Source: Thermodesulfobacterium sp.
Lineage (GTDB): Bacteria; Desulfobacterota; Thermodesulfobacteria; Thermodesulfobacteriales; Thermodesulfobacteriaceae
Reading direction: 5' to 3'
DNA length: 38,655 bases
Assembly: GCA_036781525.1 (NCBI GenBank)
Contig: DAIQAS010000002.1
Span: forward strand, 1-38,655
The notes under the pieces are model-generated. The model saw only the letters and a program-made list of their open reading frames with translations. It ran no database searches and was not told the origin of the DNA. Positions within the stretch are counted from its first letter, which is position 1. Each line of letters begins with the position of its first letter. A program made the translations under genes and the position numbers. This document shows positions 28,500 to 36,616 of this stretch, piece after piece.

Positions 28500-29842
28500 A
28501 GGAACTCTGCAACTATTTAGAATTTACAGAAGAAATTTTGGAAGATATTGATACTAAGGTTGAAAATTTAGGACCTTGTAAAATTCCCTCACCTTTAAAA
28601 CTTCAATCACAATGTTTTGTCACAGATGAGGCAAGAGTTACGCTGAGGGTAAATTATAATTTTTTAAAAGAACAGCTCTCTCAAAACAGGGAAATTCCAT
28701 CTTTAGAGCTTGCAGGTCCGAGACCTTATATATACTTTGACCCTTCTAAAGTAAAGGCAGGAATTGTTACTTGCGGAGGATTATGTCCAGGAATTAATGA
28801 TGTAATTCGTTCTATTGTAATGACTTTATATTATTCTTACGGAGTTGACAAAATAATCGGGTTTAAATATGGGTTACAGGGATTTATACCAAAATATGGA
28901 CATAATGTAATAGAATTGACTCCTGAAGTGGTAAAAGATATTCATACTATGGGTGGCACATTTCTTGGGACTTCTCGCGGACATCAGTCCATTGAAGAAA
29001 TTGTAGATACTCTTGAAAGAATGAACATTCAAATTCTTTTTATGATAGGAGGAGATGGAACTTTTAGGGCTGCTCATAAAATAAAAGAAGAAATTACCAA
29101 AAGAAATCTCAAAATAGCTGTAGTAGCGGTCCCTAAAACTATAGACAATGACATCTGGCTTGTTTCAAAAACTTTTGGTTTTGACACTGCAGTTGAGCTT
29201 GCCTGTTATGCTATTAGATGTGCTCATACAGAAGCAATAGCAGTTCCAAACGGGATTGGATTGGTTAAATTAATGGGAAGGCATTCAGGTTTTATTGCTG
29301 CAGCTGCAACCCTTGCGACTAAAGAGGTTAATTTTTGTTTAATTCCCGAGATGGATTTTGATATAGAAGGTGAAAAAGGACTTCTTGCAGAACTCGAAAG
29401 AAGGTTAAAAAGTAGAAAACACGCAGTAATTGTAGTGGCAGAAGGAGCAGGACAAAAATATGTTCAGAAAGATCCTCCAGAATATGATGCCTCTGGGAAT
29501 ATTAAACTTGGAGATATTGGCAAATTTTTGAAAGAACGAATTGAAAAATATTTTAAAGAGAAAAATATAGAGATAGTAATAAGATATATAGATCCGAGCT
29601 ATATTATAAGAAGTGTACCTGCTAATGTAGAAGATAGAATTTATTGTGGTTTCTTAGGTCAATATGCTGTTCACGCTGCTATGGCAGGAAAAACAGGAAT
29701 AATGATAAGTTATCTTAATGACCAGTTCGTACATATTCCTATTAAAGAAGCAATAAAGAGAAGAAAGCAAATAAATTTACACAGTAGATTTTGGCTTTCC
29801 GTTTTGGAATCAACTGGACAAGGTTCTCTAAAGAATGAATAA
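28496..29842 (+). CDS. pfkA: ATP-dependent 6-phosphofructokinase (long clade, GGDG + PKTIDND)
   Basis: TCGGLCPG, GGTFLGTSRG, IGGDGT, PKTIDNDI, LMGRHSG, VAEGAGQ, YIDPSY. Confidence 0.93.
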   Translation: MKELCNYLEFTEEILEDIDTKVENLGPCKIPSPLKLQSQCFVTDEARVTLRVNYNFLKEQLSQNREIPSLELAGPRPYIYFDPSKVKAGIVTCGGLCPGINDVIRSIVMTLYYSYGVDKIIGFKYGLQGFIPKYGHNVIELTPEVVKDIHTMGGTFLGTSRGHQSIEEIVDTLERMNIQILFMIGGDGTFRAAHKIKEEITKRNLKIAVVAVPKTIDNDIWLVSKTFGFDTAVELACYAIRCAHTEAIAVPNGIGLVKLMGRHSGFIAAAATLATKEVNFCLIPEMDFDIEGEKGLLAELERRLKSRKHAVIVVAEGAGQKYVQKDPPEYDASGNIKLGDIGKFLKERIEKYFKEKNIEIVIRYIDPSYIIRSVPANVEDRIYCGFLGQYAVHAAMAGKTGIMISYLNDQFVHIPIKEAIKRRKQINLHSRFWLSVLESTGQGSLKNE

Positions 29843-29861
29843 AAAGGAGGAAAAAATTTTT

Positions 29862-31532
29862 ATGAGAATAAAAAAAAGTGTTTTTTTGTTTTTAATAGCT
29901 TTAATTTTAACTTTTATTAATTTAAAAATTTCGCTTTCTGCAATCTCTTCTCAAACTTATGAAGAAATCAAAAAAGATTTTACTCCACTTTCTGCATTAG
30001 TTATAGGAATAGAAGATGGAAAAATAATTATAGACAAAGGCAAAGCTCAAGGAGTTAAGCCTAAGGACATTTTTGCTGTTTACAAAAGAGGAAAAAAGAT
30101 TGTTCATCCAGAGACAGGAAAAACTTTAGGATTTTTAAAAGAATTGATTGGAAAAATTGAAATTGTTGATGTTGAAGAAAATTTTGCTACAGGAAGAGTA
30201 ATATATCAAAAAGAAAATTTCCCTGTTCCAACTCCTGCTGAAAGATTTACAGATCTAAAAATTCTTATAATTTCTGAAGCTCAAACACCAGATGAAAATT
30301 TATTTTTGCTTTTAAAGAATACTTTACCGGAATCCACAGTTTTATTTGATCCGAATTTAAAATTAAAAGATCTATCTCCTCAATATATTCTTTCTCAGGG
30401 ATATGATTTGGTTCTTGTTATAGAAGATGATGTAGTGAAAGTGTTAAATCAAAATTTAGACTTGATAAGATATTATGGAAGTTTAAGTTATAAAAAACAC
30501 ATACTACCCTCAACAATTACAACCACTACAAAGGTTTATAAACCCCCTACAACCGGTATTTTTTCAGTTAATCCTCCCACTATTTTAGGAAAAATGAAAG
30601 GAGAAGTTTTTCAAGCTGAATTTGCAGATATAGACAATGACAACACCCCTGAAATGGTCTATTTTAATTCTCAAGGGCTTTATATAGTAAAAATAAAAGG
30701 AGGACTTTTAGCTCAGTATACTCCTAAAACTGGTAAAATAGTTAACTTTTCTGTAGGTCCTTCTGGTTGGATAGCCATTAACATTTTTGATGAAAATGTA
30801 GGAATGAGAAGCGAAGTTTTAAGGTATACCCAACAGGGATTAAATCCAGTTGTTACCAATATAAACTTAATACTAAATTTTGTAGACTATACTGCACGGG
30901 GAATGAGGGATACTTTAATAGGACAAACCTTTGATCCAGAAAACTTTTTTGGCAAAGAGGTTTATATTCTTAAAAGAGAAAATGATCAATTAGTTTATGC
31001 AGCTCAGGTAAATGTTCCTCAAGATTATAAAAATATCGGAAGTGCTTTTGTTGATTTAGACGGAGACGGAAATGCCGAAATTATAAACTATCTTTCAGAT
31101 GGAAGATTGGCAATATATAAAGATTCCAATATGGTCTGGACAACACCCTATCCTGTTGCTAATCACTTTTATGAAATAAAGCTTATTAAGGGTAAAAAGG
31201 GGCAAGAAGTAGTTAAAAGAATTGTATATCCTCTTATAACTCCAGTTTTAGCAGACATAAATAAAGATGGGAAATCGGAGATTCTTTTTGCTTCTGCAAA
31301 TTTTCCTTTAGAAAATGTAAAAGGTGATTTAAAATTTATACCTCTTAACAGCGCTACTTCTCAAATATTTGTGCTTGGTTTTGAAGGAACTTATTTTTTT
31401 AGAAGTTTGTGGACCTCTCAAGCAGGTTTTATAACAGGATTAGGAATATTTGAAAACGGAATTTATTATACTTTAGTAAAAGGTAAATATCCAGGAGAAA
31501 CAGAAAGCGAACTTTATTTAAGTATATTTTAA
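29862..31532 (+). CDS. Secreted protein with FlgT_C-like N-domain and FG-GAP/VCBS-like repeats
   Basis: Signal peptide MRIKKSVFLFLIALILTF..; IIIDKGKAQGVKPKDIF..IGKIEIVDV domain; Thr/Pro linker; DIDNDNTPE, DLDGDGNAE, DINKDGKSE loops; AGGAGG SD supports ATG 29862. Confidence 0.75.
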   Translation: MRIKKSVFLFLIALILTFINLKISLSAISSQTYEEIKKDFTPLSALVIGIEDGKIIIDKGKAQGVKPKDIFAVYKRGKKIVHPETGKTLGFLKELIGKIEIVDVEENFATGRVIYQKENFPVPTPAERFTDLKILIISEAQTPDENLFLLLKNTLPESTVLFDPNLKLKDLSPQYILSQGYDLVLVIEDDVVKVLNQNLDLIRYYGSLSYKKHILPSTITTTTKVYKPPTTGIFSVNPPTILGKMKGEVFQAEFADIDNDNTPEMVYFNSQGLYIVKIKGGLLAQYTPKTGKIVNFSVGPSGWIAINIFDENVGMRSEVLRYTQQGLNPVVTNINLILNFVDYTARGMRDTLIGQTFDPENFFGKEVYILKRENDQLVYAAQVNVPQDYKNIGSAFVDLDGDGNAEIINYLSDGRLAIYKDSNMVWTTPYPVANHFYEIKLIKGKKGQEVVKRIVYPLITPVLADINKDGKSEILFASANFPLENVKGDLKFIPLNSATSQIFVLGFEGTYFFRSLWTSQAGFITGLGIFENGIYYTLVKGKYPGETESELYLSIF

Positions 31533-31535
31533 ATT

Positions 31536-31907
31536 TTAAGGTTTTTCCACACTCACTACGGTATGAACATTACCTCTCGGATGAAAATCAGCTATAACTT
31601 TGAGTTTTTTAGGCTCAAGAAGACTCCACAGTGCATCAAATATTTCGTTAGTTGCTGCCTCATGAGAAATATATCTATTTCTAAATTTATTTAACCATAA
31701 TTTGAGGGATCTCAATTCTACAATTTTGTCTTTAGGAATATAGGAAATTTTTATTACTGCGAAATCAGGATATCCAGATCTTGGGCAAAGACAAGTAAAT
31801 TCTGGAAAGGTAATTTCTATAAGATAATCCCTATCAGGATAGGGATTATCCCAAGCCTCAAGCTGTGCTTCTTCTATAGCAATTTCTCCGTATTTCTTTT
31901 CATTCAT
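31536..31907 (-). CDS. queF: NADPH-dependent 7-cyano-7-deazaguanine reductase (type 1 QueF)
   Basis: [33 protein letters not shown]. Confidence 0.95.
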   Translation of the reverse strand: MNEKKYGEIAIEEAQLEAWDNPYPDRDYLIEITFPEFTCLCPRSGYPDFAVIKISYIPKDKIVELRSLKLWLNKFRNRYISHEAATNEIFDALWSLLEPKKLKVIADFHPRGNVHTVVSVEKP

Positions 31908-31916
31908 ATTTTTTAA

Positions 31917-31944
31917 ATTTTAACAGGCTTGCAACAATTTACAA
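31917..31944 (-). promoter_or_regulatory. Putative promoter for queF (TTGTAA-N16-TAAAAT, extended -10 TG), 9 nt before ATG
   Basis: Fills the 39-nt ino1-queF gap; no SD. Confidence 0.5.
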
Positions 31945-31946
31945 TC

Positions 31947-33083
31947 TTATTTCTCTATCCATTGTTTAAGCTTCTCAAAAGCTGTTATTCTTGGGATATT
32001 AGTTTTCTCTTTTGGCCCTGGATTTTTCATATAAAAAGCATTAACAGGATATACTGTACCAAATTCTTTTCTATCTACAGCAATTTTACCCAATCTAACA
32101 AGATCCACAATAAGACCTGCTAAAGCCGGACTATCGTTTATTCTGCCATTTATAATTAATTCATCTATTGCATTATTAAAGCTTATGTATTCTATATGCA
32201 TAGAAATAAATTTTTTGTCTCCCAAGGGTTCAAGAAAACCTGTAGGTTTTATAAAATGAGGAGCTTCATATCCTAAAATATCTTTTACGATACTTGATTT
32301 AGTATATTCTTTACTTTTATTTCTTTCTTTATCAGTAAGCGCTAAAAAGTCTGTATTACCTCCTATATTAAACTGCGCTACACTCTTCACGAATCTTCTT
32401 CTCTGTGCAAGATGAGCTAAAATATCTGCTGTTAAGGGAGTAGCTCCTGTAGCTCCGTCATCTCCAAATATTACTAAATTACATTCTTTTGCCAGTTCCA
32501 CAAAAGATGAATCATTTGCGATAAGAGTGGGGATAGCATTAATAAAAGTTGCCCCTCCTTTTTCTCTGGCATAAAGAGCTGCAGCATAGGCATAAACTTG
32601 TGTGGCTGTAAGTCTTTCTTTTTGATTCTCTTCTATAGCTTTGATTAGCTCCTCTTTATTATTGAAAGGAACAAAAGATTCTGTAGTGCATACATTTACT
32701 ATTACATCAGCTTGAAGAATTTTCCAATCGTTTACCAATTTTTCTATAGCCTCTTTAAGAGATAAATCATCTTCCAACCCCTCAGCTTCTATAGGTAAAT
32801 TTCTTAAACTTCTCAAATGGATTCCCTTACTAATTTTTATCTCTTTTAATGTCTCTGAAATAGGGCCATTCCAGTAATTACCCACTACTTCATAAAGGGA
32901 TTTATTAATTTTATTCTTATCTACATCATAACTGCCAACTATTTTTATTTCCTCAATTTTAATGGGCAAATTATTCCCAAAGGGGACTCCATAAGGCTCA
33001 ATTTCTCCTTTTTTTATTCTTTCAAGTCCGATAGCAAAAATACTTGCTACATACCCTTGCCCCAGAAGTACTACCTTTACCAT
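31947..33083 (-). CDS. ino1: Myo-inositol-1-phosphate synthase
   Basis: LGQGYVA, GDDGATGATP, QFNIGGNTDF, SKEYTKSS, LGDKKF, NDSPAL, FYMKNP; resembles the Thermotoga/Thermococcales enzyme (from recall). Confidence 0.95.
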   Translation of the reverse strand: MVKVVLLGQGYVASIFAIGLERIKKGEIEPYGVPFGNNLPIKIEEIKIVGSYDVDKNKINKSLYEVVGNYWNGPISETLKEIKISKGIHLRSLRNLPIEAEGLEDDLSLKEAIEKLVNDWKILQADVIVNVCTTESFVPFNNKEELIKAIEENQKERLTATQVYAYAAALYAREKGGATFINAIPTLIANDSSFVELAKECNLVIFGDDGATGATPLTADILAHLAQRRRFVKSVAQFNIGGNTDFLALTDKERNKSKEYTKSSIVKDILGYEAPHFIKPTGFLEPLGDKKFISMHIEYISFNNAIDELIINGRINDSPALAGLIVDLVRLGKIAVDRKEFGTVYPVNAFYMKNPGPKEKTNIPRITAFEKLKQWIEK

Positions 33084-33084
33084 T

Positions 33085-34374
33085 TTAAATCATCACCTCC
33101 TTTCTTTTATTTCTCACAATTAATATCAAAGTTAATAAAACCCTTAAATTGGTTAAAATCGCAAGAAGAATAAATAATTCTAAAATTTTATTAAATATAC
33201 AAAACAGCATAATTAAAAAGATCCTTTCATCTCTTTTACCCGGAATATATCTAATAAAAGGCACTACTTTATATGCATCTTCAAAAAAAGAAGCTTTATA
33301 TCTTTCGGTGGAGTAACTTACCATTAAAGATCCAAAAATAGCAAAAGCTATAATCGTCCAAAATATATATGTGGGTTTAGCTATTATTGCTAAGGTGAGA
33401 ACAAAGAAAAAGTCTATATATCTATCAAGCATAGAATCTATATACCCTCCGAGCTTACTTGTTCTCATAGAAGCTCGCGCTATTTCTCCATCTACTCCAT
33501 CAAGTATAGAACTTATTTGATATAAAATTCCTGCAAGAGTAATACTTAGCCAGAGAGAGAGCACCGAGAGGATACCTAATAAAAAGGTTATTAAAGTGAC
33601 TTGATTCGGAGTCAAATAATCTATCAAGTAATAACTAATTTGGGTAGAAATTTTCCTATTTATTAATCTGGAAATCCATCCGTCACCTGCATCTTTTACA
33701 GCATTTTTTATTAGAAAATATTTAGCCTTTATTACATCTTCTGGAGTATCTATATCCATCCAGAAATAACCATTAACTTCAGAAACTGGTATTTTAGCTT
33801 CTCTAATTATTTCGCTAAGCTCTACAACTTCTTTTTTTCTCACCAAATTTTCTGCAACTTCAAATATTTCAGGAGTTAAAATAAAAAAACCTGTGTCAAA
33901 TCCTTGAAAAGAACTTAAATTCTTTCCAATTTCTTTTACTTTCTTATTCTCTATAATTACTTTTGTAGCTTCTTCTTTCTGTATATAAAACCCCTTTTTG
34001 TCAATAATCAGCCCTTCCTGTTTAATTGCCTCTTTTATAAATTTTTCTTCATAAAGATGATCACTCATTAAAAGGACAAACTTTTTCGAAACAAACCCTT
34101 TTGTAAGATAAAAGGAATAACCATTACCTCTCTCTGGATAAGGATTAATAATTAATTTATATTTAAAACCATTTTGCTTTAAAAACTTTTCATAATCTTC
34201 TTTATGTTGAGAGTTGGTAACCAAAATAAACTCTTCAATTCCACAATCTTTAAGGATTTTCAAGTTTCTGTAGATTATTTCTCTGCCAGCGATTTTAAGA
34301 AGTCCTTTTGGTTTTTTATGCTTTAGTCTTTTTATCCTTCTTCCAAGACCAGCTGCAAGAATTACCGCTTGCAA
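33085..34374 (-). CDS. Bifunctional inositol-1-phosphate cytidylyltransferase / di-myo-inositol-phosphate-phosphate synthase (IPCT-DIPPS)
   Basis: N-terminal NTP-transferase (AVILAAGLG.R, PK, MSDH, WMDIDTPED) fused to CDP-alcohol phosphotransferase motif DGVDGEIAR..GGYIDSMLDR; TTG start with GGAGGTGA SD; next to ino1. Confidence 0.92.
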   Translation of the reverse strand: MQAVILAAGLGRRIKRLKHKKPKGLLKIAGREIIYRNLKILKDCGIEEFILVTNSQHKEDYEKFLKQNGFKYKLIINPYPERGNGYSFYLTKGFVSKKFVLLMSDHLYEEKFIKEAIKQEGLIIDKKGFYIQKEEATKVIIENKKVKEIGKNLSSFQGFDTGFFILTPEIFEVAENLVRKKEVVELSEIIREAKIPVSEVNGYFWMDIDTPEDVIKAKYFLIKNAVKDAGDGWISRLINRKISTQISYYLIDYLTPNQVTLITFLLGILSVLSLWLSITLAGILYQISSILDGVDGEIARASMRTSKLGGYIDSMLDRYIDFFFVLTLAIIAKPTYIFWTIIAFAIFGSLMVSYSTERYKASFFEDAYKVVPFIRYIPGKRDERIFLIMLFCIFNKILELFILLAILTNLRVLLTLILIVRNKRKEVMI

Positions 34375-34472
34375 AAATCACCTCCATTGTAATATTTTTA
34401 AATTAAATAAAATTAAAAAGGTAAAATTTTGAAAAAAATTCTAAAAATAAGAAGTAATATAGAAATTAGGGG

Positions 34473-34488
34473 ATATAATTAATTATAT
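34473..34488. promoter_or_regulatory. Perfect 16-bp palindrome ATATAATTAATTATAT containing TATAAT on both strands
   Basis: Lies between the divergent IPCT-DIPPS and IMPase genes. Confidence 0.35.
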
Positions 34489-34530
34489 TTAATTTAAACA
34501 TCATAAAATTAAATTCAAGGGAGATATTAT

Positions 34531-35331
34531 ATGCATTTAGAAAAGATATTAGAAAAAACCATAATGTTGACAAAAGAGGTTGGAGAAATTCTTAGAAAAA
34601 ATTTTTATTATGATTTTAAAATTTATAAAAAAGATCAAACCGAGATAGTTACTGATGTAGATTACGAGATAGAAAAAAAACTGATTACAGATCTACAGAA
34701 AATTACTCCACATTTTGAAATAATAAGTGAAGAAAGTTATTCAAAAGAAAAGTTAAAAATCCTAAAAGATTTAAAATATTACTGGTTAATAGATCCTTTA
34801 GATGGGACGCTTAATTTTGTTCACAGGATACCATGGTTTGCAATTTCTATAGCTCTTATGGAAAAGGAAAACCCTATCTTGGGCATAGTATATAATCCAA
34901 TGACTGAAGAATGTTTTTATGCTGTGAAAAATGATGGAGCCTATTTTAATAACTCATCCATCAAAGTTTCAAATGAAAGAAAAATAGAAAACTCACTTTT
35001 ATGTACAAGCTTTCCAGGAGACTGTAAAAGAAAAGACTTTGAAAGGTGTTTTGTGCTTTTTAAAGAATTTAATTTTATTTCCCGAGGAGTTAGAAGATTT
35101 GGTTCAGCATCTTTAGATCTTGCTTATGTAGCTTGCGGTAAATATGATGGTTTCTGGGAGCCCTACTTAAAACCATGGGATACTGCTGCAGGAATACTTT
35201 TAGTAAAAGAAGCAGGAGGAAAAGTTACAGACTATTCCGGAAATTCATATAATCCCTTCTTGGAAACAATTGTAGCTTCAAATGGTCTGATTCATTCTGA
35301 AATGATAGAAATAATTTCCAAATATTATTAA
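34531..35331 (+). CDS. Inositol monophosphatase (SuhB/IMPase family)
   Basis: ISEE, WLIDPLDGTLNF, RRFGSASLDLAYVACG, LKPWDTAAG. Confidence 0.93.
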   Translation: MHLEKILEKTIMLTKEVGEILRKNFYYDFKIYKKDQTEIVTDVDYEIEKKLITDLQKITPHFEIISEESYSKEKLKILKDLKYYWLIDPLDGTLNFVHRIPWFAISIALMEKENPILGIVYNPMTEECFYAVKNDGAYFNNSSIKVSNERKIENSLLCTSFPGDCKRKDFERCFVLFKEFNFISRGVRRFGSASLDLAYVACGKYDGFWEPYLKPWDTAAGILLVKEAGGKVTDYSGNSYNPFLETIVASNGLIHSEMIEIISKYY

Positions 35332-35352
35332 CCTAATTAAACTATTATTAAA

Positions 35353-36594
35353 CTATTTTTTCCTCTTGCTTTTTTCCTTTTTTAGTTTTTCAGCCTCATA
35401 TTTTATTTTAGCTAAAGATTCTTTTAGAGGTGCCCATCCATACCAGTGCATATAATCTGGATTGTTATGAAAAGCAGCTTGAAAAGCTTTCATTCTATAT
35501 TCCATAAACATTTTATAAAGTTCCAGTTCAATAGGTGTTTTAGCTTCATAAAACATCAATAAATCTGGTGCAAATTTCCAATCCTTTGGTTTTTTAAGAA
35601 TTCCTTCATCATAGAGTGATTTAACTATTCTTATAGCTTCAGCAAAAATTCTATCTATTTCTCTTAAGGTAAGATCTGCAGCTTCAAGTTGTTTTCTTGC
35701 ATAAGATTCTGCGTGACAATTTGAACAAATTTTTATCATTTTTTCTCTTTCTTTTAACCATTCTTCTTTATTTAATCTTGCAACCCTACCTATTTTAACC
35801 ACCTCAAACCTTGAAGTAGGATTTCCCTTTTCATCAAGAACTCCGAGAGCTTGTAAGATAATCAATCTATCTTTCCACCAATCTTTATCATCCTCAGGAA
35901 CTCTAAGAGCTAAAAATCCCCAAGAGGTTATTACAGTATGGTTACCATTAGACATATGACAGGTTTGACAAGTAGGAGCCCTTTTACTATCTTTTCCTTC
36001 TATTTGCCAAATAGTGCCGTGTTTCGATGTAGACCACATTTCCCACTGAGGATGATCAAATCCCATATGACAAGTCTGACAAGCTCTCGGATCTGAAGCC
36101 TCAGATTTATTAAAAGAATGTCTTGTATGACATGCATCACATTGAGCATTTCCATATCTATATCTTTTTCTTTCTTCTAAGGTTTTTTCTCCGTGTTTAT
36201 GACATCCCGCACATCCTTTATATTCTGTTCTCGTAGGAACAGGTTGATGCGTCCAATTAGGCATAGCAGTAACCGCTAACCAAGCAAGGTTATGTTTTCC
36301 AGCTCTATATTGTTCTACCTGAGAAGGATGGCATCTTTTACAAGTTTCAATAGTAGGCATTTCAGCTTTTTGAAAATCAGTATCATTAGTGTGTTTGTTA
36401 CCGTGACAAATAGTACAATCAAAACCAACCTGTCCCATTTTACCACTTAAAAATTGTTCAACTATTCCTGGAGTTACTACTTTGTGGCAGTTTATACATT
36501 TACTTTCAGATGAAAATGCTTTATCTCTGGAAAAATTAAATAAAACAGCGATTAAAACTAAAGTAAAAATCAAATATTTAGAAAAATCTCTCAT
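35353..36594 (-). CDS. Octaheme cytochrome c, hydroxylamine oxidoreductase family (reductive/epsilon-Hao-like)
   Basis: Signal peptide; 8 CxxCH (CINCH, CTICH, CKRCH, CAGCH, CDACH, CQTCH, CQTCH, CSNCH); CHMGFDHPQWE..SKHG and HNNPDYMHWYGW; ATG 36594 after AGGGGG SD. Confidence 0.85.
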   Translation of the reverse strand: MRDFSKYLIFTLVLIAVLFNFSRDKAFSSESKCINCHKVVTPGIVEQFLSGKMGQVGFDCTICHGNKHTNDTDFQKAEMPTIETCKRCHPSQVEQYRAGKHNLAWLAVTAMPNWTHQPVPTRTEYKGCAGCHKHGEKTLEERKRYRYGNAQCDACHTRHSFNKSEASDPRACQTCHMGFDHPQWEMWSTSKHGTIWQIEGKDSKRAPTCQTCHMSNGNHTVITSWGFLALRVPEDDKDWWKDRLIILQALGVLDEKGNPTSRFEVVKIGRVARLNKEEWLKEREKMIKICSNCHAESYARKQLEAADLTLREIDRIFAEAIRIVKSLYDEGILKKPKDWKFAPDLLMFYEAKTPIELELYKMFMEYRMKAFQAAFHNNPDYMHWYGWAPLKESLAKIKYEAEKLKKEKSKRKK

Positions 36595-36616
36595 ACCCCC
36601 CCCTATTTTTAGCTTA

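Noticed and set aside
31908..31946. Possible preQ1 riboswitch upstream of queF
   Set aside because: Only 39 nt, with no convincing P1 stem or loop consensus; better explained as a promoter. The TTGTAA-N4-TTGCAA dyad is weak
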